From NCBI GenBank assembly GCA_052327205.1, contig CM126224.1, positions 18,352,001 to 18,416,000 of the forward strand: a stretch of DNA of 64,000 bases. Direction: 5' to 3'. Position numbers and translations under genes: made by a program. The notes beneath the pieces are model-generated. The model was not told where the DNA came from, made no database searches, and saw nothing but the letters and a program-made list of their open reading frames with translations. This DNA is from Somniosus microcephalus. Lineage: Eukaryota. This document shows positions 39,175 to 49,956 of the stretch, in pieces (positions within the stretch are counted from its first letter, which is position 1; each line of letters begins with the position of its first letter).

Positions 39175-39612
39175 CGGTAATAGCATTTATTTAGCACCTT
39201 TCGTGGCCTCACGATGTCCTAAAGTGCTTCACAACCAAGGAATTACTTTTGAAATGGAGTCACTGTTTTATAGGTAAGCAGCCAATTTGCGCACAGCAAG
39301 GTCCAATAAACAGCAATAAGATAAATGACCAGTTACTCTGTTTTTGGTGGTGTTGATTGAGGGATAAATGTTGACCAGGATGTTGGGAAAACTCCGTTGG
39401 TCTTTTTTGAATCGTGCCATGGGATCTTTTGCATCCAATGGAAGAGACAGATGGGAACTTGGTTTAACGTCTCATCCAAAAGATGGCACATCTGATAATG
39501 CGGTACTCCATTGAAGTGTCAGACTAGATTGATGTGCTCATGTCCTGGAGTGGGGTTTGAACCCACGATCTTCTGACCCAGAGGTCAGTGCTACCACTGA
39601 GCCAGGCTGATA
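39175..39612 (-). mobile_element. SacSINE1/DeuSINE-like SINE
   Basis: The reverse complement has a tRNA-like head (GGCTCAGTGGTAGCAC...GGGTTCAAACCCC), a Deu domain (GGATGAGACGTTAAACC...AAAGATCCCATGGCAC) and an L2-like tail. Confidence 0.85.
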
Positions 39613-40086
39613 CTAATGAGAGAACGCAACTAGCTCAAAGCATAATAATCAAGGTAACAGAAAGAAAGTAAATGTAGTTCAGACTGTATCGAGGTAGGAT
39701 TAAATATCATTCCATAAAATAATCATGGTTAGCATAATGGGAGACTTAAAAATACCTCATTAAATTTATTTTCCTATTCCTCTTTTAGGTCTTTCAATGC
39801 CACGCAAGTTTCCCTGGCTAAAAATTAAGACAAGTGGCTGGGAAACAGCCAACCTCTTTTTGGCACCTCCCTATGGCATATTCAAGAAACACCACAATTA
39901 GGCCCATTACCTCTGGGCTGGTAGAGGGGGCGCGGAAGAAGGAGGCAAAATCTGATCCGGATTGCTTATCCTGTGACCCCTTCTGGAAAATGCATGTCAA
40001 CCTATATCAGCAAAGGACAAGATCAGGCCTGGTTGTGAAGCCCTTTATGTTCAAATATCTGGTCAACACTCATGGTCCAGGCTTGA

Positions 40087-40400
40087 CAACAACAAAAGCA
40101 CCAATAATTGGCATTTATATAGTGCCTTTAAATGTAAAAAAAAATGTCAAAAAGGTGCTTCGCAGAAGAGCTATTAGGAGGGGTAACCAAAAGCTTGCTC
40201 AAAGAGGTGGACTTTAAGGAATGTCAAAGCAGGAGAGGGAGGTGAGAGACGGACGGCTTTAGGGAAGGAATTTCAGAGTGTTGAACCCAGGCTACTGAAG
40301 GCTTGGCCAGCAACGGTGAGACGGAGAGGGGAGGGGGGGGGCGGGGGGGAGGGAGAGGTGAAGGGTGCACAGGAGGTCGCAGTCAGGGGAACAAAGACTT
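40087..40400 (-). mobile_element. L2 LINE 3' fragment
   Basis: Reverse complement of the L2 end seen at 27290-28162 (gcatttatatagtgcctttaa...ccaaaagcttgctcaaagaggtgg...ggaatttcagag). Confidence 0.75.
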
Positions 40401-41494
40401 CCTCACACACAAAAGATCAGGGGAGCGTGGTGCTGGAGGGCTGTTGTCACCCATGAATCTGTGCAAGTCAGCACCTTCAGGAGAGGTGGGGAAAATCGCA
40501 AAAACAAATCATCAAAACAATTCCCATAATGATTTTGATATTTTTCCAAGGTGAAGATCACTAATTCATTTTAAACTTCTAATCGGTGGACAAGTATAAA
40601 TCAATAGGTCAAACCTGCACAGGCTGCTAAAATCATTTGATCAACCTCATTTCCACACTAGGCTTGTAATGGAGCCCTGTGATGCGGTAAGAACCACACC
40701 AAGAAATTACATTAAAAACAAACTGTAAAAGGGTAGAAGAAAAAAAATGTAACAAGTCAAGCTTCCAATTAGTGAACAGCAGGTTTAAAGAGACAGTTAC
40801 ATCAGTCTACTTCTAAGCAACAGTTACCAACAGCTAAGCAATACAGGAAAAGAGCTAATTAGAACTCAAACTTAGTCTGTTTAACAAAAGTCGGATGAGA
40901 CCCTGGTGTGTCTTCTTCACCAGGGAACCCAACAGAACCAAATGACAACGTAGGTTTCATTCAAAATAAAGAGGCCCAACTTGCCAGCTGACAGGAGCAT
41001 CCTTATCTAACAGGTGCTCCGTTTACAGAAACCTCTTTTTTGCTTATTGTACTAGGTAACAGCTGTTTACTGCACCAGTTCCCTCCAAGCAATCCCCTGA
41101 CACACAGAGGGAGACAAGTGAGTGTTTTGAATGGGGTCAAATTTAAATCGTTGTCTATTCTATTAGTCGCAGCACAAGCTGTGATCTGACACATTACTAC
41201 AGGCATTACAGAGAATAATAAAGGAAGTTATCATCAGTAAACAGACCTTTTAAAAATAGACTCTTTTAATTAACATTACTCCTTTTGACTAGCAGGATAG
41301 AGGAGCAATTGGGCTACAAAATGGTTTTGATTTTTTTTTGCTAACAGTGCTCCCCCTACTGAGCTTTTTAAAAGCTCTTATTTCTGTTTTGCACCATGCA
41401 GTTACAAGGTGCAGTTAAATGAACATGAAGGATTTGCCAGTGATGCCCACATCATGCGAGCTAATTAAGAAGGCTCGATTGTGAATATGTTTTC

Positions 41495-41878
41495 CATAGC
41501 TCTAAAATAGCCCTAACTAAAGTCACAAAGGACTGTGACCATGATGCATTATCCCTCCTCAACCTTTGACAGGATTGACCACACCGCGCCTCTCCTCGGT
41601 TGTCTAGCTCGGTGGGATGGCTTTCGCTTGGTAGCCAGAGTATCTCCAGCAATGGCCTCTTGTCCCACCTCTGCACTGTGACCTCAAGAGTCATCCAAGG
41701 ATCCATTCTTGGCTTTCCTGTTCCTCATTTGCATGCTGCTCCTTAGCGACACCATCCCTGGACGTGGGTCAACTTGTACACGGATGATACCCAGCTCCAT
41801 TTTTTCTTTACACCTCTGAAGTGGCTTAGGATAGTATTTTAAGTTAAAGGAGTTATATAAATGTAATTTGTTGTTGTG
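41495..41878 (+). mobile_element. Degraded, internally deleted L2 LINE (RT remnants and tail)
   Basis: Decayed ALTKVT..CD, QGSILG..LF and YTDDTQL-like segments, followed by taaaggagttatataaatgtaatttgttgttgt. Confidence 0.65.
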
Positions 41879-41914
41879 GACTATTTGACTTTGTGGCCAG
41901 ATCTGTCATCACTT

Positions 41915-42100
41915 GATGCCCGGATGTGCGCACTTTCCAGCAGGGCAATGGCTAGTGATCAGGAGTGGGAAGCACGAGACTATTTTTTCCTTTCCCAGCT
42001 CAGGACAAGGAGGCAATTGTAGCACTCCATTACTGGCTTGGCTGAGATCAGACCACAGCACTTCCTGGGCTACATGGCTCAGTAACCCAGCAACCCTGCC
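41915..42100 (-). mobile_element. Fragment of an unclassified tRNA-type SINE family (family X)
   Basis: Reverse complement similar to 51865-52125 and 57146-57485 (ctgagccat..cccaggaag..gatctcagcc..gctacaattg..ctcctgatcact..cctgctggaaagtgcg). Confidence 0.6.
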
Positions 42101-42855
42101 TTTATTATATAAGCATGTTTTAATTTTCACATTCCCGGATACACAATAAAATTATAAGTGACAATCTAAAAAATAAAAATAACTCACAATCTCTACACTT
42201 TGACTGTAGCCAAATTGCCTGACAAAACAAACTATCCCACTAGAACAGACTGTCTATTGAGAATATTGGCTTTCAAACTGGGGTTGTGAAGACACCCCAA
42301 ATGTTTTGTTAGGTCAGATTTTGGTCCGTCTGGGGCCAGTCGTTCCACACGTCATGGCTCAGTGTTTGTTTGGAAAAAAAAAGTGTTTTCTGCAATGATA
42401 GTACGGTTTTCCCTGTGGGTATCTGACAGTTTTCTTTTTAATAAGTTATAGTAGGAAGTCCCTGGGAATGTTTCCATATTTGCAAGGGGGTCCCTCCTAC
42501 TCAAAAGGTTTGTAAACTACTGTTCTAGAAAAGAACCGACGCGTTAGAACAGATATTACAACAATAAAGCAACAAAAGAAGAAAACCCCATAGCCTCTGT
42601 GACCCCCATCCTGCACCATCAATATTAAACATCTTTTGTCTGTGCACAATTCCATTATAGATTCCTACGTGTACATTTACAATGGAGACTGCCTACATAA
42701 ACTTGTCTCACTGTAATGACACCTTCCTATTAGTGGTGGCGCTATAGCACTTCGGTTATGTGCCTGTGCTGCAGAGAAACTCTCTTCAATCCGCTCAACC
42801 TTTTTGCTTCCCAAACGACTGTAAGTTTTGCAAATTAGCTATATTAGTGTAAGTA

Positions 42856-42999
42856 TTTTATACACAAGGACAGAATGTATGGCTTTAAATTGGGGACCAA
42901 ATGACATCTGCGCACCCTGGCCAAATTATACCCTGCCCTCTAACCACTAAAGGCTACACCTGGCCTTATCTTTGCGCAATGCCATGGAAGACTGATTAG
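42856..42999 (+). mobile_element. Putative short non-autonomous Helitron, copy A
   Basis: aaggacagaatgtatggctttaaattgggga...gcgcaatgccatggaagactgaTTAG|T; homologous to copies B-D. Confidence 0.55.
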
Positions 43000-43003
43000 T
43001 TTA

Positions 43004-43383
43004 GATCATAGAAACATAGAAGATAGGAGCAGGAGTAGGCCATTCGGCCCTTCGAGCCTGCTCCGCCATTCAACGAGATCATGGCTGATCATCCAAACCC
43101 TAGCACCCGGTCCCTACACCGACAGCCATCCCACCCAAGCCCTATCCCCGTAACCCCACGTATTTAATCCCCCCTAACACTAAGGGCCAATTTTTATCAT
43201 GGCCAATCAACCTAACCTGCACATCTTTGGACTGTGGGAGGAAACCGGAGCACCCGGAGGAAACCCACGCAAACACGGGGAGAATGTGCAAACTCCACAC
43301 AGACAGTCACCCAAGGCCAAATTTGAACCCGGGTCCCTGGCGCTGTGAGGCAACAGTGCTAACCACTATGCCACCGTGCTGTC
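43004..43383 (-). mobile_element. HE1-type V-SINE carrying an alternative CR1 3' tail
   Basis: Head and V-domain nearly identical to 15120-15430, but the tail TTTGGATGATCAGCCATGATC...CTATCTTCTATGTTTCTATG equals the tail of the CR1 at 39070-39165. Confidence 0.92.
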
Positions 43384-43976
43384 ACAGTGCGTCACATTTT
43401 GAACAGCCAAGGGTATAATGTACAACTAAAACAAAGAAATCAGCATTCACATTGGTGCACAGGGTGAAACTGGTGCATTTAAGCTGCGTAGAATTGAACA
43501 TATACCCCTCTGTCCTTCCCTCCTCCCCCACCCCCGCACTTCAACCTGTTGCCTAGAGCCCAAAGAGCATGAAAGCGAGACAGAAGTGAAAGAAGCAAAA
43601 CAAAAAACCAAGGCAAAATAATAAAGAAAAATCATTCATCAATGTGGTAGCTTTTAGACAGTGAACACTTTACTGGGCGCAAAATGCCAATAACAACATC
43701 ACGGTTTCAGGAAATCTGTCCAAAATATATTACAAATCTCACATTGTATGTATTTCCTACCCACAAATCCTTACTTTCTGTTGTCATGTTCTTGTCACAC
43801 TGTCAACTTTTTTCTATCACAAAGTCCGATGTCCCCAGTTATAATGGACACTGCTCATGTAAAGATGTCATGCTGCAATTACATCCTCCCAATAGTGGTG
43901 CTGTAGCACCCCAGTTTTGTGCCTTTGAGCTCCACAGTCTGTACTGCAAAGAAATTCCTATGCTCCAACCAACTTG

Positions 43977-44506
43977 AACATAGAAACATAGAAGATAGGA
44001 GCAGGAGTAGGCCATTCGGCCCCTCGAGCCTGCTCCGCCATTCAATGAGATCATGGCTGATCATCCAAATTCAGTACCCCGTTCCTGCCTTCTCCCCATA
44101 TACCTTGATCCCATTAGCCGTAAAAAATATATCCAACTCCTTCTTGAATATATTTAATGAATTGGCCTCCACTACCTTCTGTGGTGGAGAATTCCACAGG
44201 TTCACCACTCTCTGGGTGAAGAAATTCCTCCTCATCTCAGTCCTAAATGGCTTACCCCTTATCCTTAGACTGTGACCCCTAGTTCTGGACTCCCCGGCCA
44301 TCGGGAACATCCTTCCTGCATCTAGTCTGTCCAGGCCTGACAGAATTTTATAGGTTTCGATGAGATCCCCTCTCAATCTTCTAAACTCCAGTGAGTACAA
44401 GCCCAATCGACCCAATCTCTCCTCGTACGTCATTCCTGCCATCCCAGGTATTAGCCTGGTGAATCTTCGCTGCACTCCCTCCATGGCAAGAACATCCTTC
44501 CTCAGA
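43977..44506 (-). mobile_element. 5'-truncated CR1 LINE, same subfamily as 36709-39165
   Basis: Minus ORF MEGVQRRFTRLIPGMAGMTYEERLGRLGLYSLEFRRLRGDLIETYKIL..., almost identical to the C-terminus of the long copy; same tail. Confidence 0.95.
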
Positions 44507-44524
44507 CCTTTCAGCTTCCCAAAT

Positions 44525-44594
44525 ACAGATCAAATGTATGATTTTAAAATGGGAAACTGAATTACGTCTCGACAGCCCATGTGCAATCAACTAG
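44525..44594 (+). mobile_element. Putative short non-autonomous Helitron, copy B (internally deleted)
   Basis: aatgtatgattttaaaatgggaaactgaattacgtctcgacagcccatgtgcaatcaaCTAG|T. Confidence 0.55.
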
Positions 44595-44599
44595 TATAA

Positions 44600-44741
44600 A
44601 TGTATTGTAAAAAAAAGGGTAGAATGTATGACTTTAAAATGTGTACTGTGTGCCCTGGTCCAATTATGCTTCTCCATTCTGCTTCATCTGAAGACTACAT
44701 TTGATCTTGACTCATGTGCAACACCATGGGAGACCAACTAG
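44600..44741 (+). mobile_element. Putative short non-autonomous Helitron, copy C (head-to-tail after copy B)
   Basis: agaatgtatgactttaaaatg...ctcatgtgCAAcaccatggg hairpin followed by agaccaaCTAG. Confidence 0.6.
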
Positions 44742-45304
44742 CGTAATAAAATATACACCTTCTCGATATGAATTTTAACTAGGCAAATACACCAGATTTT
44801 AAAACGGAGATATGACTGGTGGCCTCGTGGGTAAATCCAATACACGATATTGGCTAGCGACAGACAGGTGCTAATTGTCTGTGATTGGCGTAGCCACTAA
44901 AGAGGCTGTCATGGCAGTCAAAGTTTCCAGTAGGCTTTGTTTCAAGCTTGAGCCAGTAAACAGATGATCAGACAGACAGAGAGGAAGGTGCTTTTCTCTT
45001 CTCACCCTTCCTCAGGTGATGGAAATAATTAGTATTCATCACCAGCCTGTTCAGAAACAGCTTGGGCTTTCTTCAGAAGTACTTGCCCAGTATGAAAGAT
45101 CTTCTTTGATCTGAGGTGTGATATGCTCCTTGGAGAGGTATTTTTGTTGCTAGCTCTCTTAAGTTCTTGAATTCACTGAACTCAATTGTATTTCCACAGC
45201 TTGGCGGTGAGGCAAAACTCTGTTACATTCACTCAAGATTTGGGTAAAATACTCAATAACAAAAAAAAGGACTCTTAGGAATTTTTGAAATGCTTTGTTA
45301 TTTT

Positions 45305-45720
45305 GTGTGAGCTTGGCTCAGTAATAGCACTCTCACCTCAGAGTCAGAAGGTTGAGAATTCAAACCCCTCTCCAAGACCTCAGCATATAATCTAGGATGA
45401 TATTTCAGTGCAGTACTGTGGGGGATGCTGCATTGTTGGAGGTGCCGTCCTTCACACGAGATATTAAATATTCGGGTGGACACAAGAGCCCATGGCACTA
45501 CTTGAAGAAAAGAAGTTGATCTCTCCTAGTTTCCTGCTAGCATTTATCCTTCAATCAACACCATCAACACAGATTAACTGACCATTTATATCATTTGTTG
45601 TTTGTGGGACATTGCTGTGCACATATTGCCAACATAACAGTGACTACATTCAAATGTAATTCATTGGCTGTGAAGCACTTTGGCACATGCTGAGAATGTG
45701 AAATGGGCTATACTTTATAT
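45305..45720 (+). mobile_element. SacSINE1/DeuSINE-like SINE
   Basis: ggctcagtaatagcactctcacctcagagtcagaaggttgagaattcaaaccc head, Deu-like gagcccatggcactacttgaaga, tail gtgaagcactttgg...gtgaaatgggctata. Confidence 0.8.
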
Positions 45721-46334
45721 TATTTTTGGTATCAGGAAACGGTGTGCAGCATTGCTGTATGTTAAAAACGGTGTTGCCGTTTATCTGCTGAATCTTGCTA
45801 CTATATAAATGTCTTCTAATGAATTTGGTTTAGTTTCAGCCTGCACACTATGGTCTGTCAGTACAGTGTTTCTCTGTCACATAAGAGTGTATGACAGGCA
45901 TCTTCAAGGTCTAAATCACTTGGTAAGAGAGTCATTATTTATTGATCCCGTGGCACACTAACCTATTCACTCCGAATATGAGGTTTAAGAGTTTTGGTTT
46001 GTAGCAGGCGTGAGTCTATCTTTGGAAACTAACTGCCATCTGCCATGTTACTTTGAGCATGGGGAGAGAAAGAGTTGGGAGAGGGTCCAATTGTGGCAAT
46101 CACCAGTGTTCTTATCAATTGCAAATAAATTGGTTGAAAAAAATTTACAAAAACTGTTTCCATCTTTTTTCCACATAAATACATTATAAAAGGTATAACG
46201 AATAGAATAGTGTACTCGTTCCAGGTTACACCTGAATACAACTGCAGTTGTGACTCTTGTGAGCTCATTATATTTTTTGCTGATGTTTGTCATTCAAGGT
46301 GAGGAATGAGAGTGCTGGGGAAATTAAACACTTC

Positions 46335-46672
46335 TATGCTGGGCACATGGCGTCAGCAATGATCTGGACAGATGCAAAGTAAAACTCCATCCACTCCATT
46401 CCAACGGCGTGCTTTAACCCGAGCCATAGTGAAACACCCCCTACCGCACCAGTACGAACTTTGTGTCCTTGTGGTTTCTCTGAGTAAATGCCAACCTAGA
46501 ACTGGCTTGTGCCAAAATGTGGACAGTTTTTTGCTATGGAGCCATGCCCAGTAAGAACAAGGTTTCTGAGAACTGAGAGGAAGAAGATTTTGAGCATGTA
46601 TGTCTAGACTGAACTTGAACCCAAGTAACCCAGGGGTGAAGGAACAATATGCCAACCCACTGTGCCACCCGC
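46335..46672 (-). mobile_element. LF-SINE-like element
   Basis: Reverse complement ccttcacccctggg..gggttcaag..; tgtccacattttggcac..gttggca..cagagaaaccacaaggac; gggttaaagcac..ggagttttactttgc; resembles LF-SINE blocks as I recall them. Confidence 0.55.
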
Positions 46673-47165
46673 TTCTTGACACTTATGAATTATGGGTTTT
46701 TCCTTTTGGAAGACTAAGGCAATAATACATATATTTGGTTCAGTGTCTACTACTGAAAAGTAAAAACAACTTATTATAAAACAAATCCATAATGGATCTG
46801 TAAGGCTTATCCTGGAGGGAACGAGAATCTCAACAAACAAGCACAGTGTTTACTGCAGCAGCTAGTAGATCTATCACTATGCCCGGCACAAACCTGTGCA
46901 TAAAGCATCTATCTACGGCATATATGTCAGTCAGAGTGAGTGTGCTCCAGCTAAGACTGGAAAAGTACCAAGCACTCTGGATCCCTATATAACAAGACCC
47001 CGCTCACTCCTATAGAGGGTGGGGTAGCTGGACTCAACAGGGAAGATGGCAATAAACCCTTCAATTAGCCCCAGGGTAGCAATAGCAGCCTACCCTAAAT
47101 ATACACCTAGACAAGGGAGAGTAGCCTTTTTGTACTCTGTTCAGTCACCATTAACAAAATACCTT

Positions 47166-47312
47166 GGCAGAGAACTTCCTCAGGATTTCTCCCGCTCCGC
47201 TAGTGCAACTTTGGTGGAAAGCTCGGCATTTACCTCATTTATACGCGTAACTGGGGTTTCTGCCTAAGTTACAATAGCAGAGCGGGAGAAGCCCCCGAGG
47301 AAATTTATTCCC
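47166..47312. mobile_element. Fold-back (palindromic) MITE, about 147 bp, possibly PIF/Harbinger-derived
   Basis: Left arm AACTTCCTCAGGATTTCTCCCGCTCCGCTAGTGCAACTTTGGTGGAAA pairs with the right-arm reverse complement AATTTCCTCGGGGGCTTCTCCCGCTCTGCTATTGTAACTTAGGCAGAAA. Confidence 0.75.
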
Positions 47313-47767
47313 TTGATCCTGAAGCATGTAACATTACAATACAGTATACCGAACAAAGACAGGCTCCTTGCATCTGAAAGTACCAGGCAAGCAAAATTTA
47401 CAACTGCACTAGTATGTAAACATTATAAAATTCAAACAAAACTAACCTAAGGTTTTCAGTGTACATTCAAATTCATCTTCACAAATAGGGCAACACAGTT
47501 TCATTTGAATGCTGCACAGGTAAATGTAAAACTAGATTATACAAACTGAAAGACCCCGATAACCATGCAACAATCACAATTTTGTTTGGAACACTGCCTT
47601 ACTTTTGTGTGTAGCATTGAAATAACACTATATTTGCAGTCCCATTGTAGCTCTGGCCCTTATGGGTAACTAGAAACATTTAACGTGCAAAAATGCAGAA
47701 TGTATACACACACAGACATATATATATATATTATATATAGACATACATGCAGAGTCAAGGCCCTCAC

Positions 47768-47951
47768 CTTTTTACCCTTGGTTTAAAATTCTTCTTTTGT
47801 TGATTGGCCATTATTGTGCTACTCAGGTTCTGCGGAGCATCTCTGAGTCCAAAGCTCTTGGCAGTGTGTCCAAGGTGAAGGGTCTTCACGTGGAAGATCT
47901 GCTTTAGGCTTGCTGGATATGTGGCATATGCTCGAATGAATGACTGGAACG
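47768..47951 (-). CDS. ddx31: DEAD-box RNA helicase DDX31, penultimate coding exon (184 nt; missed by the ORF track)
   Basis: Acceptor tgtttttcag|, donor AAAG|gtgagg. Reads (A)[60 protein letters not shown](R), the conserved DDX31/Dbp7 C-terminal extension (QSFI.AYATYP...[15 protein letters not shown]). Confidence 0.95.
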
Positions 47952-48626
47952 CTGAAAAACATTTAAAAAATGTGATTAGGAATCAACCACATTGTGGCAG
48001 CAATTATACAGTACATGAAAAATGAAAATAAAAGCACAAATGTTCTGTCTTTTAAGGGAGCCTGGAAGGGTTTACTGTTTTTATGCCACAAGCTCTGTTT
48101 GAGATAGAATAAAGGTGTGCGAATTTAATACTGTTTTTAAGTGTTGCACAGCTGCAAACAGTAGTTCCAAGGGATCTAAAATTATATTCTAAATTGTAAC
48201 GTGTGAAAATTATGAAGCAAGTTTATCATTGAAGAATTTCTGAAGCACTTACTTCACATAAAGTGGAAAAACAAGACTAAATTGTGGCCTGCTACAGGTG
48301 TATTGCAGACACTAAGTTTAGTGAGTCTGTAGTAACATGGTCTGCTACTGTGTCATGAATACCAAACCTAACGCCTTATTAGTAACCTGTGCTGAAATGG
48401 AATTAGTGATATCAAATCAGCAACACCAAATTTAATTAGATTATTCAAGCAGGACATAAACGTGCACTTTTTGTAGGAGGAGAGAATTCTTATTTGCTGC
48501 TTGTTTTAAGCATGGATTGCAGCGTGCATCTAAATTATTTCAAAGCAAATAGTCATGAGTCATTGGGGGTGGAATGGAGATTAGAGGGACTGACCCCCCA
48601 CTCCCATTTAGAAGACACATTTATCG

Positions 48627-49374
48627 TGGCTTGGATTTTGCTGTAAAAATAACAGTGAGGCTATCAAGTTATTAAGGTGTAATTTGGACAGCAAATTCTA
48701 GTGACTGTTGCTGTCCGAGTTGCCCTGCTCCTCCAGAAGCTTCGTTATACCGACCGGTATCTCACCGAGTGACTCGACATTGAAACACATGGCATGGCAG
48801 TAAGTTGCTGTACTTATGTGATACACACTAAACCTGACAGAAAAAGTTAGGGCTTGTCCATTCCAGTGTAAGTAAATCTGTAACGGTGTGGTAAGTCTTA
48901 ATTACTGCCAAACAACCTCTCTGGCACTGAAAATTTACTTTTACAAGTGTGGAGTCTCATTTCTTCAGATTTTAATTATAGCCAGAGATTTAAAAAAACG
49001 TAAATAATTTTTTCTCCCTTTTTCTTTCTGTCTCTTTGTGCTCTCTCTCTTAATCCCATTTTTCTTTCCCTCTCTTTATTTTGCTTCCTGGCCTGTAGAT
49101 GATTTGACTATTCGAACTAACTATTCTAATTGACTATCCTGGTTCAAATTCTGTGTGCCTCATTAAAAATTCTTCAATCTGATTGGTTAAGGAGATACAC
49201 AGTTGCTTGCTCTGTTCACACGGGTCCCAGATCCCCTGTAGAGGGCGCTGCACGGAAATGGCTTTCTAATCACAGCAAGTTCCAGCGCAAAACCCCACAG
49301 AAAGTCTGTGGGCAAGTGTAAATGTAATGAATGGCTGGCGCCGTAAGTTCACTGCTGACTGCAAAATCCGGCCC
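48627..49374. mobile_element. About 750-bp non-autonomous DNA element with imperfect TIRs (Harbinger-like)
   Basis: Left GGCTTGGATTTTGCTGTAAAAATAACAGTGAG versus right reverse complement GGGCCGGATTTTGCAGTCAGCAGTGAA. Internal hairpin ggacagcaa...ttgctgtcc. Confidence 0.65.
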
Positions 49375-49458
49375 AATATATTTAAAATCTGCAGCACCAC
49401 CAGTGGCAGGAGGGTGTAATTTACACATTATAAATGCAGACATGGCATTTATAATGGC

Positions 49459-49615
49459 AATATAAAAATAAGGACAGAATGTATGATTTTAAAATGGGGA
49501 CTGAATTTCGTCTGCATGCCCTGGTCCAAACATCCCCTGGTCTTTATCCCTGCTTTACCTGAAACCTATACTTGGTCTCGACTCCCTGTCTGCAACGCCA
49601 AAGGAGATAAACTAG
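49459..49615 (+). mobile_element. Putative short non-autonomous Helitron, copy D
   Basis: aatataaaaataaggacagaatgtatgattttaaaatgggga...ctccctgtctgCAAcgccaaaggag hairpin followed by ataaaCTAG|T. Confidence 0.6.
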
Positions 49616-49621
49616 TTACTA

Positions 49622-49956
49622 CAGGAAACTTTGGTTTATCTGGAGGTTAACTGTCCTGAATGCTCGAGCCACCGGCAAAAATCAGGAGCCATTTCGTTAG
49701 GTTTTTTTTCTTTTCTTTGCTTTTTTTTCCCACCAGTCAAGCTCTGCAGGGTCTTGCTGAAGCTGTTCCTAAGCTACAGAGACGCTTGCAAGGTACGGCC
49801 GACTGTTTAGAAGCTGTTGCTAAGCAACAGGGTTTGTTGCCAGATACGGAGCTCAAAATCTCCGTATGTTTCAACATTAGCGCTGGTTTGTCCGGCACTT
49901 TTGATGGGACGGCAACAGCTCGGTCCCGTCGGTGCCGGATAGCACAAAGTTTCCTG
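49622..49956. mobile_element. Tc1/pogo (Tigger-like) MITE, family B relative
   Basis: TA flanks. TIRs CAGGAAACTTTGGTTTATCTGG / CCGGATAGCACAAAGTTTCCTG. Shares subterminal GGTCCCGTCGGTGCCGGATA with the family B copies. Confidence 0.88.

Noticed and set aside
49459-49615. Intronic H/ACA snoRNA family on the ddx31 strand (ACA near the 3' end, AAAGCA hinge)
   Set aside because: The copies are heavily diverged with large indels, the H box and two-hairpin fold are not shared, and the ends fit a Helitron terminus better. Not formally excluded without a covariance-model search.
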